Notes under the pieces: model-generated | What the model was told of the DNA's origin: nothing | Databases searched by the model: none | What the model saw: the letters and a program-made list of their open reading frames with translations, nothing else | From: an uncultured Bacilli bacterium | GTDB lineage: Bacteria; Bacillota_I; Bacilli_A; RF39; UBA660 | NCBI GenBank assembly: GCA_934101175.1 | Contig: CAKOQC010000001.1 | Coordinates: forward strand, 199,589 to 263,588 | Direction: 5' to 3' | DNA length: 64,000 nt | Position numbers and translations under genes: made by a program | In this document: positions 27,964-37,431 of the stretch, one piece after another | Layout: each line of letters opens with the position of its first letter | Numbering within the stretch: the stretch's first letter is position 1

Positions 27964-30588
27964 CTATTTGTTTAACTGTGATTGCGCTGCCGCCAACCTT
28001 GCGATAGGAACTCTGTAAGGTGAGCATGATACATAATCAAGTCCTACTTTATTACAGAAATCTATTGAACTAGGTTCTCCACCATGTTCTCCACAAATAC
28101 CTAAATGTAAATCTGGTCTTGTTTCTCTTCCTAATTTAGCAGCCATTTCAACTAATTTTCCAACGCCATGTTGGTCTAATTTAGCAAATGGATCAAATTC
28201 ATAAATTTTATTTTGATAATAAGAATCTAAGAATTTACCAGCATCATCTCTAGAAAAACCAAATGTCATTTGAGTTAAGTCATTTGTACCAAATGAGAAG
28301 AATTCTGCTTCAGTAGCAATTTCATCAGCAAGAAGTGCTGCTCTTGGTATTTCAATCATTGTACCAATATGATATTGAATATCAGATTTCTTTTCTTTCT
28401 TAACTTGTTCTGCTACTTCAATAACTATATCTTTAACAAATTTAAGTTCTTTCTTTTCTCCTACTAATGGTATCATAATTTCTGGAGTAATATCATATCC
28501 ATCTTCTTCTGATACTTCAATAGCAGCTTCAATTAAAGCTCTTGTTTGCATCTTAGCAATTTCTGGATAAGTAACTGCTAAACGACATCCTCTATGTCCC
28601 ATCATTGGGTTAAATTCATGTAATTCATCAATCTTATTTTTAAGATGTTCTACTGTAACTCCCATATCTTTAGCTAAAGCTTTAATATCTTCTTCTAATG
28701 TAGGTAAGAATTCATGTAGTGGTGGATCTAAATATCTAACAGTCATAGGTAGACCTTTTAGTTCCTTATACATTGCTTTAAAGTCACCTTTTTGGAAAGG
28801 AATAAGTTCATTTAAAGCTGCTTCTCTAGCTTCTACTGTTTCAGCTAAAATCATCTTTCTTATTTTTGGAATACGATCAGCTTCGAAGAACATGTGTTCT
28901 GTACGACATAATCCAATACCTTCTGCTCCAAGTTCAATAGCCTTCTTAGTATCTCTTGGATTATCAGCATTAGTTCTAATTTGAAGTCTTCTGAATTCAT
29001 CAGCCCATGCCATAATTCTACCGAAGTTTCCTGATACTGTTGCATCTACTGTTTTAATATCTCCATTATAAATTTTACCTGTTGAGCCATCTAAAGAAAT
29101 ATAGTCTCCTTCTTTAAATGTATGTCCTCCTAAAGTAAATGTTTTATTTGCTTCATCAATTACGATTTCTCCGCATCCTGATACACAACAAGTTCCCATA
29201 CCACGAGCTACTACTGCTGCATGGCTTGTCATTCCTCCACGAACTGTAAGAACTCCTTGGCTAGCTACCATTCCTTCAATATCTTCTGGTGTTGTTTCAA
29301 GTCTAACAAGAATAACTCTTTCTCCAAGTCCACCTTTACCATGTTTCTTAGCTTCTTCTGCTGTAAAGTATACCCTACCTGCAGCTGCACCTGGAGATGC
29401 TGGTAATGCTGAACCAATAACTTCGCCATTTTTTAGTGCTTCAGTATCAAACATTGGATGAAGTAATTGATCTAGACTTTTAGCATCTATTCTCATAATA
29501 GCTTCTTCTGGAGTAATCATTCCTTCATCAACTAAATCACAAGCAATATTAATTGCTGCTCTAGCTGTTCTCTTACCATTTCTTGTTTGTAAGAAATATA
29601 ATTTACCTTCTTGAATAGTAAATTCCATATCTTGCATATCTTTATAATGATTTTCAAGCTTAGTAGCTATCTCTATAAATTCTTTATAGCATTCTGGTAA
29701 ATCTTCTTCAAGTTTAGTAATTGGTTGTGGTGTTCTAACACCTGCAACAACATCTTCTCCTTGAGCATTAATTAAGTATTCACCATAAATACCTTTTTCT
29801 CCAGTAGATGGATTACGAGTAAATGCTACTCCTGTTCCAGAAGTATTACCCATATTGCCAAATACCATTGCTTGAACGTTTACAGCAGTTCCCCAATCAC
29901 CAGGAATATCATTCATTCTACGATATACGATTGCTCTTGGGTTATCCCATGATCTAAATACTGCTTTAACAGCTCCCATAAGTTGTGTTTTAGCATCTTG
30001 TGGGAATTCTTCACCATTCATGTGATCACTATATACTTTTTTAAATCTCTTAACTAATTCTTTTAAATCTTCAACTGTAAGTTCAGTATCATATTTAATT
30101 CCTTTTTCTTCTTTTAATTCATCAATAATCTTTTCAAAGAAAGATTTATTAACTTCCATAACTACGTCAGAATACATTTGAATAAATCTACGATAGCTAT
30201 CATATGCAAATCTAGGATTATTTGTTTTTTTAGCAAATCCTTCAACTGCTTCATCATTTAGTCCCAAATTTAAGATAGTATCCATCATACCTGGCATACT
30301 AGCTCTAGCACCACTTCTAACAGATACAAGTAATGGATCATTAACATCTCCAAACTTCTTGCCTTGTAATTTTTCTAGCTCTGCTAAAGCATCAAAAATT
30401 TGTTTTTCAATCTCTGAAGAAATTTTCTTTCCTTGATTGTAGTATTCAGTACATGCTTCTGTTGTAACTGTAAATCCTTGAGGTATTGGTAATCCTAAAA
30501 CAGTCATTTCTGCTAAGTTAGCACCTTTACCACCAAGTAAGTTTCTCATACTAGCATTTCCTTCTTTAAACGCATAAACATACTTCAT
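27964..30588 (-). CDS. ppdK: pyruvate, phosphate dikinase
   Basis: 'GGKGANLAEM' ATP-grasp motif, 'GGMTSHAAVVARGMG' phosphohistidine domain and a PEP-utilising C-terminal domain. Start set at the second ATG (MKYVYAF), 9 nt after an AGGAAAGGA RBS. Confidence 0.9.
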   Translation of the reverse strand: MKYVYAFKEGNASMRNLLGGKGANLAEMTVLGLPIPQGFTVTTEACTEYYNQGKKISSEIEKQIFDALAELEKLQGKKFGDVNDPLLVSVRSGARASMPGMMDTILNLGLNDEAVEGFAKKTNNPRFAYDSYRRFIQMYSDVVMEVNKSFFEKIIDELKEEKGIKYDTELTVEDLKELVKRFKKVYSDHMNGEEFPQDAKTQLMGAVKAVFRSWDNPRAIVYRRMNDIPGDWGTAVNVQAMVFGNMGNTSGTGVAFTRNPSTGEKGIYGEYLINAQGEDVVAGVRTPQPITKLEEDLPECYKEFIEIATKLENHYKDMQDMEFTIQEGKLYFLQTRNGKRTARAAINIACDLVDEGMITPEEAIMRIDAKSLDQLLHPMFDTEALKNGEVIGSALPASPGAAAGRVYFTAEEAKKHGKGGLGERVILVRLETTPEDIEGMVASQGVLTVRGGMTSHAAVVARGMGTCCVSGCGEIVIDEANKTFTLGGHTFKEGDYISLDGSTGKIYNGDIKTVDATVSGNFGRIMAWADEFRRLQIRTNADNPRDTKKAIELGAEGIGLCRTEHMFFEADRIPKIRKMILAETVEAREAALNELIPFQKGDFKAMYKELKGLPMTVRYLDPPLHEFLPTLEEDIKALAKDMGVTVEHLKNKIDELHEFNPMMGHRGCRLAVTYPEIAKMQTRALIEAAIEVSEEDGYDITPEIMIPLVGEKKELKFVKDIVIEVAEQVKKEKKSDIQYHIGTMIEIPRAALLADEIATEAEFFSFGTNDLTQMTFGFSRDDAGKFLDSYYQNKIYEFDPFAKLDQHGVGKLVEMAAKLGRETRPDLHLGICGEHGGEPSSIDFCNKVGLDYVSCSPYRVPIARLAAAQSQLNK

Positions 30589-30782
30589 ATATATCAATCC
30601 TTTCCTATGCACTTTTAATCATATCAAAATAAGTATAATTTATCAATAATTATTTAAAAAATTTACATCTATTTAACTACTTTTTAAAACATTTAAGAAA
30701 AATATAACTAAAGTAATTTTAAACAAAAGTCATGTTCTAAAATTTATTTTAAAACATGACTTTAAACTCCTAGTTAACAAAA

Positions 30783-31397
30783 CTATTTATTATTTTTATA
30801 TTTTATAATATCTTTTTTTAATTTCTTATAGCAAACACGACATACAGAATCATATTCAGCATCAATTCCATCTATTGATACCTGTTCTCCAGAAAATACT
30901 GGAACTAATTCACCATCAATTCTATTAAGTCTTAAATTATATGTAGCTTTTGATTTACATACACATATAGCTTTTAACTCTTCAATTACATCTGCTATTT
31001 CAAACAATCTCTTGCTTCCTGGAAATAAATGTGTAAATGCATCAGCTCTAAGTCCATAACAAAGTACTGGAATATCTAAATTATCTACCACATCAGATAA
31101 TTCATCTACTTGTTTTTCAGTTAAAAACTGTGCTTCATCAACAATAATACAATCTAAATTATTTTCTATTATATGATTAGCTATCAAATAATAAATATTT
31201 TCATCCTTTCCTACTACATAATCACATTCAAGTGAAGATCCAGATCTACTAAGAATACTACCACCAGCCTTCTTATCATCACCAGGTTTCACAATTAAAA
31301 CTTTAAGTCCTTTCTCTTGATAATTATAATATGTCTTTATTATATCTGTCGTTTTACCACTTTTCATTGCTCCATATTTATAATATAGTTTTGCCAT
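30783..31397 (-). CDS. tdk: thymidine kinase
   Basis: P-loop 'GAMKSGKTT', 'IVDEAQF' and a C-terminal Zn-ribbon CxxC...CxxC; 204 aa. Confidence 0.85.
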   Translation of the reverse strand: MAKLYYKYGAMKSGKTTDIIKTYYNYQEKGLKVLIVKPGDDKKAGGSILSRSGSSLECDYVVGKDENIYYLIANHIIENNLDCIIVDEAQFLTEKQVDELSDVVDNLDIPVLCYGLRADAFTHLFPGSKRLFEIADVIEELKAICVCKSKATYNLRLNRIDGELVPVFSGEQVSIDGIDAEYDSVCRVCYKKLKKDIIKYKNNK

Positions 31398-31417
31398 TAT
31401 TTCACTCCTTATATAAA

Positions 31418-32296
31418 CTACTCTTTATGTGCTCTTGGATGAGCCATTTCATATATTTCTCTAATCTTATCATCTGATACATGTGTATAAATACTAGTGG
31501 TATTAAGAGATTCATGTCCTAATAAATCTTTTACACAAACTAAATCTGCTCCGTTATTAAGCATTTGTGTTGCAAAAGTATGTCTTAACATATGTGGACT
31601 AACATGCATTTCAATACTAGCCTTTATAATAATATCGTCGATTATTTTTCTAACATACCTATCACTTAACTTATTTCCATCTTTATTAAGTAGCAAATAT
31701 TCACTATGTTTTTTATCTAATTCCTTACGACCATCTTTTAAATATTTCTTCAAATCATCTTCAGTATATTCCCCAAAGATAACCATTCTCTCTTTACTAC
31801 CTTTACCCATTATTCTTATCGTATGATCATATATATTAATATCTTTAATTTTTATATCAACTAATTCTGATACTCTTATACCAGTAGCATACAGCATTCT
31901 AATAACAAGTAAATTTCTCTGTCCAATTGCTTTTCTCGTATCAGGAATTAAAAACATTTTCTGAACATCATTATCTTTAACTAGTTTTGGTAACACTTTA
32001 TCTTTTTTAGGATTTTTAATATTCTTAAAATAGTTTTCCTCTATTATATTCATATCAACTAAATAATCATAAAACATTCTTAAACTAGTAAGCTTTCTTG
32101 CTATTGAACTTTTACTAAGTTTTTCTTCATAAAGTTTATTCAAATATTCACTAACATTATCTTTTGAAATATTTAAAATATCATGGTTAACATATTCATA
32201 AAAATCTACTATATCACCTTGATAATTTATAATTGTATTTTTACTATGTTTTTTAATAACTTCTATATATTCTAAAAAATCATTGATATACTTCAT
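31418..32296 (-). CDS. tyrosine-type site-specific recombinase (XerC/XerD-like)
   Basis: C-terminal catalytic 'HMLRHTFAT...LLGHESLNTTSIYTHV' (R-H-R-Y pattern); 292 aa; sits in a housekeeping operon, not in a mobile-element context. Confidence 0.75.
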   Translation of the reverse strand: MKYINDFLEYIEVIKKHSKNTIINYQGDIVDFYEYVNHDILNISKDNVSEYLNKLYEEKLSKSSIARKLTSLRMFYDYLVDMNIIEENYFKNIKNPKKDKVLPKLVKDNDVQKMFLIPDTRKAIGQRNLLVIRMLYATGIRVSELVDIKIKDINIYDHTIRIMGKGSKERMVIFGEYTEDDLKKYLKDGRKELDKKHSEYLLLNKDGNKLSDRYVRKIIDDIIIKASIEMHVSPHMLRHTFATQMLNNGADLVCVKDLLGHESLNTTSIYTHVSDDKIREIYEMAHPRAHKE

Positions 32297-32301
32297 AATA
32301 T

Positions 32302-33618
32302 CTACTCTACTGGCTTTTCTTTCATAGCTTTAAACATTTTCTTCCAAAGTCCACTTTGTGAATAATTTAAAATTCCTACTTTATAAATTCTAAGTCCATA
32401 TTTTATAAGTAAATATATTGTTCCTATTAAAAGTACTATACTACCTATTAAATCATATAAAGTTATCTCTCCCATTACATATAATGTAGGTGTTAACATA
32501 ACTGATACAAATGGAATATAACTCATTATTCTAACAAATAAACTTCCTTTAAAGAAACTAGCCATCATTGATAAATAATATCCTGCTAAAGACACAATTA
32601 CGATTGGTGTTTGTAATTGTTGAAAATCTTCTAAATTAGTAGTCATACTAGCAAGTACACCTGCTAATAATGAATAAGCTACAAATGTTAAAAGCATCAT
32701 AATTAAAATTATTGGTATCATGTAACTTAAAGTATTAGTAACTCCTGCTAAAGACAAAGAACTAACTACATTAGTAATTTCTGAATCAAACTCTCCCATT
32801 AAAGATCCACCACATAAAATATATCTAAGTACTACACCTATAACAACATAAACTATTAATAATAATCCTTGAATAATTACAAATAAATTTGAAGAGATAA
32901 CTTTAGACATAAAATGAATTTTAGGACTTACATTAGAAATAATAATTTCCATACTCTTAGTAGACTTCTCTTCATTCACTTCTGCTCCAATCATTTGTAC
33001 TAAAAACATAATAAGCATAAATATTGGTAACATTAATATTTGCATAACACTAGCAACTGCTAAATTATCTTCACTATTTTCTTCATCTAGCACAACATTT
33101 TCAATATCAATACCCGAATTAATCTTTTGATACATTTCACTAGAAATATTATATTCTTTCAAAAGAGCTTCACTTTTTACTGAAGTTAGTGCTGAAGAAA
33201 GAAGTGTACTAGTTATTTTACTAAGTGATTGATTACTAATTATTTTTGCTTTCAAATAATTTTCATCATCCGAAGTTATAACTAATAAAACTTTATCATT
33301 ATCTTTTACTTCTTTTTCTCCTTCATCATAACTCTTATCATATTTAGTAAATGTAACATCATCATAATCACTAACATACTTTTGATACATTAAATAGCTT
33401 GTCTTAAGTTCATCGAAAGTATTCATCTCATCAATAACTAAAATTTCTTGAGTTTCATTAAAATCTCCGCCAAAAACTTTTATTACAGAGTCAATATTAA
33501 TAAGACCTACTATTAAAACAGCAAAAATCAAATTAGCTATCAAAAACCACTTCGTTTTAATTTTCTTTTCTAAACTCATCTTAGATAAAAAGAATAACTT
33601 ATTTTTCATAACTATCAC
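32302..33618 (-). CDS. ABC-2 type transporter permease
   Basis: N-terminal TM helix, a large extracytoplasmic loop and a C-terminal multi-TM bundle. Start overlaps the upstream ATPase gene. Confidence 0.55.
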   Translation of the reverse strand: MIVMKNKLFFLSKMSLEKKIKTKWFLIANLIFAVLIVGLINIDSVIKVFGGDFNETQEILVIDEMNTFDELKTSYLMYQKYVSDYDDVTFTKYDKSYDEGEKEVKDNDKVLLVITSDDENYLKAKIISNQSLSKITSTLLSSALTSVKSEALLKEYNISSEMYQKINSGIDIENVVLDEENSEDNLAVASVMQILMLPIFMLIMFLVQMIGAEVNEEKSTKSMEIIISNVSPKIHFMSKVISSNLFVIIQGLLLIVYVVIGVVLRYILCGGSLMGEFDSEITNVVSSLSLAGVTNTLSYMIPIILIMMLLTFVAYSLLAGVLASMTTNLEDFQQLQTPIVIVSLAGYYLSMMASFFKGSLFVRIMSYIPFVSVMLTPTLYVMGEITLYDLIGSIVLLIGTIYLLIKYGLRIYKVGILNYSQSGLWKKMFKAMKEKPVE

Positions 33619-34498
33619 CTACTGTACTAATAAATATTTCATTAAGAGTCGGATCTTCTACACTAAACTTAGTAATATTATCATATTTAGCTATTTCCTT
33701 AAATATATTTGGAACATAACTATCATCCTTAATCGAAATAATATATTCATCCTTAATAGTATCTATCTTTTCTACTCCATCAAGTTTACCAATTTTATCT
33801 TTAGAAATATCTCCCTTTACAATAATATTCTTCTTTTTATAATCTCTCTTAATATCTTTTAAATATCCTGATAGAACACTTCTACCTTTAACTAAAACTA
33901 CTAACCTATCGCAAAAAAGTTCTACATGTTCCATCCTATGAGAAGAAAATATTATACTAGTGCCTTTTTCTTTTAATTCTAAAATAACATTCTTAAAAAG
34001 TTCTACATTTATTGGATCAAGTCCTGAAAATGGTTCATCTAATATAAGTAATTTAGGTTCATTAATAATTGCTGATATAAATTGAATTTTCTGCTGATTT
34101 CCTTTAGATAATTCTTTAATTTTTTTATTTTTATATTCTGATATTCCAAACTTTTCTAACCAATAATCTAATTTTTTCTCTATTTCTGATTCTGGAATAG
34201 ACTTAAGTACTCCATAATAAATAATTTGTTCTAACACTGTTAACTTAGTTAAAAGACTTCTTTCTTCTGTTAAAAAACCAATCTTATCAGTAACACTATA
34301 ATCTATTTTCTTACCATCTAAAGTTATTGTACCAACATAATCATCAATAAGCCCCAAAATCATCCTAAAAGTTGTTGTTTTTCCAGCCCCATTTAATCCT
34401 AATAGTCCAAATATTTCACCATTATTTACTTCAAAGCTTAAATTATTTACTGCTACTAAATCACCATATTTCTTTGTAACATTACATACCTTTAACAT
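33599..34498 (-). CDS. ABC transporter ATP-binding protein
   Basis: Walker A 'GLNGAGKTT', signature 'LSKGNQQK', Walker B 'LLILDEP'. Confidence 0.8.
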   Translation of the reverse strand: MLKVCNVTKKYGDLVAVNNLSFEVNNGEIFGLLGLNGAGKTTTFRMILGLIDDYVGTITLDGKKIDYSVTDKIGFLTEERSLLTKLTVLEQIIYYGVLKSIPESEIEKKLDYWLEKFGISEYKNKKIKELSKGNQQKIQFISAIINEPKLLILDEPFSGLDPINVELFKNVILELKEKGTSIIFSSHRMEHVELFCDRLVVLVKGRSVLSGYLKDIKRDYKKKNIIVKGDISKDKIGKLDGVEKIDTIKDEYIISIKDDSYVPNIFKEIAKYDNITKFSVEDPTLNEIFISTVGDSYEK

Positions 34499-34510
34499 TC
34501 TTCTTTCTCC

Positions 34511-35158
34511 TTATTTAGCTTGTTTAGCTAGTGCTTCCTTAGCTGCCGCTTGTTCAGCTGTTTTCTTACTACTTCCTACTCCTTTACCAAGAATATGTCC
34601 ATCTACCTTAACTATACACTCAAAAGTTCTATTATGTGCCGGTCCATCTTCTTTAACAATCTCATAAACAACGCTCTTCTTATCAGTCTGTACTAATTCT
34701 TGTAAAGTAGACTTATAATCATGTAAGAAATCTACATTTTTATCAATATACTTAGTAATAATGTTTAGTACCATTTCTTTAGTAAAATCAAGTCCCATAT
34801 CTAAATAAGTAGCTGCTACAAAAGCTTCAAATACATCTGCTAAAATAGTATCATTAGGAACTGTCTCACAACCTCCAAGTTTAATATCACTCTCAAATTT
34901 CAAATCATGAGCATAAGTAGCTAGAGCTTCTTCACAAACATACCTAGCTCTCATCTTAGTCATAACACCTTCTGCTAAATGTCTTTCTTTATAAAGATAA
35001 TCACTAATTATAAATTCTAAAATAGCATCTCCTAAAAACTCTAATCTCTCATAACTAGCAAAAGAAGGATTCTCATTGCTATAAGAAGTATGAGTAAATG
35101 CTTCGTAGTATAAATTAATATTTGTTGGATTAAATTTTAAAGTTTTAAATATTTTCAT
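34511..35158 (-). CDS. rnc: ribonuclease III
   Basis: 'ERLEFLGDAILEF' RNase III signature and a C-terminal dsRBD. Confidence 0.85.
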   Translation of the reverse strand: MKIFKTLKFNPTNINLYYEAFTHTSYSNENPSFASYERLEFLGDAILEFIISDYLYKERHLAEGVMTKMRARYVCEEALATYAHDLKFESDIKLGGCETVPNDTILADVFEAFVAATYLDMGLDFTKEMVLNIITKYIDKNVDFLHDYKSTLQELVQTDKKSVVYEIVKEDGPAHNRTFECIVKVDGHILGKGVGSSKKTAEQAAAKEALAKQAK

Positions 35159-35460
35159 TACTTATCACACCTTCTAAAAAAATTATAGCATTTATCACTT
35201 TCATAATCAATAAAGATTTACACATTTATATCATTTAACTTTACATAATAACTTATATTAATTATCACCAACCTAAATTATCTCTTCATAATAATCATTA
35301 CCATGTTTTCTTATCTTTTCTTTTACTTGTAAACATTTATACCAACATTCTTATTTTATTACCAAAAAATTCTCATAAATTACTAAAGACATTTTTATTT
35401 TATCATAGACAAATAACATTATTTTTGATAAAATATACTTATAATGAAAAGAGGTCTAAA

Positions 35461-36471
35461 ATGAAAAAAATATTTACTTTTATTATACTTATAGGAGTTA
35501 TCATTCTATTACCAGGATGTAACATTTTAAAAAATGATGTTATGGAAGATATTAATGTTTATACTACTACCTATCCAAATAATTATTTAATCAAATATCT
35601 ATATAAAAACCATTCTAACGTTTATAGTATCTATCCTAATGGTGTTAACTTTAAAGAATATGAATTATCTGATAAGAAAATAAATGAATTCTCTAAAAGT
35701 GATTTATTTGTATTTAACAGTCAAGATCAAGATAGAAATTATGCAGTAGCTATGATTAACAAGAATAAAAACTTAAAGTTAATCGATACCGCTCTAGGTA
35801 TGAAATATAATTATTCTATTGAAGAATTATGGTTAAACCCTTATAACTATCTTATGATGGCTAAAAATATTAAAGATAGCCTAAATGAATATATTACTAA
35901 CCCCTACTTAGTAGAAGAAATAAATAATAATTATGAAGAATTAAAATATGAATTATCTAAATTAGATGCTACTTATAAAGAAACTTTAAAAGACACTTCT
36001 TATAAAACTATTGTAGCAGATAATTCTCTCTTTAAATTCCTAGAAAAATATAATATTGAAGTTATCTCTTTAGAAGAAAATATCAAAACCATTACTATTA
36101 AAAATGGTGATAATTTATCAGACATTTCTAAAGAATATAATATATCAAGTAGTGATATTCTAACTTATAATAATAAAACTGATGATACTCTAAAAATTGG
36201 TGAAACTATCAAAATTCCTATTAAAACAATTGATTCATCAGATATCCAACTAGTAAAAAAACTAATTAATGAAAATAAAATAAAATATATATACTCTGCT
36301 AACGTTGAAACTAATAGTACTGTAAATAATTTAATCAAAGATTATAACCTAGAATTAGTAACCATTAATGACATGTATAGTATTGATGGTGGTATTACTA
36401 ATACTAATGAATCATATATTACTATTATGAATGACAATCTAGAATTACTAAAAAAAGAATTATATAAATAA
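35461..36471 (+). CDS. lipoprotein with a TroA/ZnuA-like solute-binding fold and an inserted LysM domain
   Basis: Start set at the internal ATG (MKKIFTFIILIGVIILLPGC, lipobox) preceded by an AAAGAGG RBS. N-terminal 'VYTTTYP...SDLFVFNS' resembles cluster A-1 SBPs but the protein has only one His. 'ITIKNGDNLSDISKEYNISSSDILTYNNKTDDTLKIGETIKIP' is a LysM motif. Confidence 0.5.
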   Translation: MKKIFTFIILIGVIILLPGCNILKNDVMEDINVYTTTYPNNYLIKYLYKNHSNVYSIYPNGVNFKEYELSDKKINEFSKSDLFVFNSQDQDRNYAVAMINKNKNLKLIDTALGMKYNYSIEELWLNPYNYLMMAKNIKDSLNEYITNPYLVEEINNNYEELKYELSKLDATYKETLKDTSYKTIVADNSLFKFLEKYNIEVISLEENIKTITIKNGDNLSDISKEYNISSSDILTYNNKTDDTLKIGETIKIPIKTIDSSDIQLVKKLINENKIKYIYSANVETNSTVNNLIKDYNLELVTINDMYSIDGGITNTNESYITIMNDNLELLKKELYK

Positions 36472-36482
36472 GGGGGAATTAC

Positions 36483-37385
36483 ATGAAATATATTACTGCT
36501 ATCTTTGGAATTATCTCTATAATATTTGTTACTATTCTTAATTTTTACCCAGATAAAGTAAGAGATTTTATTGATGAAAAAATATTAAAAAAAGAATTTA
36601 TAATTGCTAAAGCTAATGATTATTATCTTAATAGTAATTTTGAATATTTACAAAATTATACTGATGATGTCTCAAATAAAGAAGAATTATTAAATTATAT
36701 CTATTATGTTGTTAATACCGGAAGTGATTATGCTGATGGTGAATGTACTAAAGAATATACTGATTGTACTAAAGATTTAACTGAAATCAGTGCTGATGAA
36801 GAAGCATTATCTATCATAAATAATTTTGTTCATCCATATAATAGTTTTAAAACAATATCTTTTACTTTCAATAATCAAGGAAAATTCTCTCTTATCATAG
36901 AACACATCTATAGTAAAGAAGAAATAACTGAAATAAACTATATTGTTAATTTAAAAATTCAAGAATTAACTAATGATAAGATGACTAATGAAGAAAAAAT
37001 AAAAAACATTCATGATTTTATCATTAATAATACTGAATATGATCAATTAAAAACTGAAAATATACATGATACTACATACAAATCTAATACCGCATATGGT
37101 GTACTACTTCAAGGATATGGTATATGTAGTGGATATTCCGATACCATGGCAATCTTTTTAAACAGATTAGGTATTACTAATTACAAGATAAGTAATGATA
37201 CTCACATCTGGAATTTAGTATATATAAATGGTATATGGCGTCATCTTGATGCTACCTGGGATGATCCAATAAGTGAATATAATGAAAATCGTGATACTTA
37301 TTTCTTAATCAGTTATGAAGATTTACAAAAACTAGATGATAAAACTCACAATTTTGATAAATCTATCTATAAAGAAGCATACTAA
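36483..37385 (+). CDS. transglutaminase-like cysteine protease superfamily protein (membrane anchored)
   Basis: N-terminal TM helix; 'GICSGYSDTMAIFLNRLGI...HIWNLVYINGIWRHLDATWDD' gives the Cys-His-Asp transglutaminase-like core. Confidence 0.6.
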   Translation: MKYITAIFGIISIIFVTILNFYPDKVRDFIDEKILKKEFIIAKANDYYLNSNFEYLQNYTDDVSNKEELLNYIYYVVNTGSDYADGECTKEYTDCTKDLTEISADEEALSIINNFVHPYNSFKTISFTFNNQGKFSLIIEHIYSKEEITEINYIVNLKIQELTNDKMTNEEKIKNIHDFIINNTEYDQLKTENIHDTTYKSNTAYGVLLQGYGICSGYSDTMAIFLNRLGITNYKISNDTHIWNLVYINGIWRHLDATWDDPISEYNENRDTYFLISYEDLQKLDDKTHNFDKSIYKEAY

Positions 37386-37410
37386 AAGACACTTCCAAAG
37401 TGTCTTTTAT
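37384..37410. terminator. bidirectional intrinsic terminator between convergent genes
   Basis: AAAGACACTT-cca-AAGTGTCTTT perfect hairpin flanked by A/T runs. Lies between the + strand gene ending at 37385 and the - strand giant gene ending at 37432. Confidence 0.6.
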
Positions 37411-37431
37411 TTCATATTTAATTCTATATTT

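Noticed and set aside
27964-30612. Longer PPDK N-terminus starting MHRKGLIY (ORF-track start at 30612)
   Set aside because: The RBS AGGAAAGGA lies inside that extension and is correctly spaced for the second ATG (MKYVYAF), which is also the conserved PPDK N-terminus. The extension is therefore probably untranslated.
31418-32296. Tyrosine recombinase as a marker of an integrated mobile element or island
   Set aside because: It sits inside a co-oriented housekeeping operon (rnc-ABC-xer-tdk), with no flanking tRNA, direct repeats or phage genes. It is more likely a chromosomal XerC/XerD-type resolvase.
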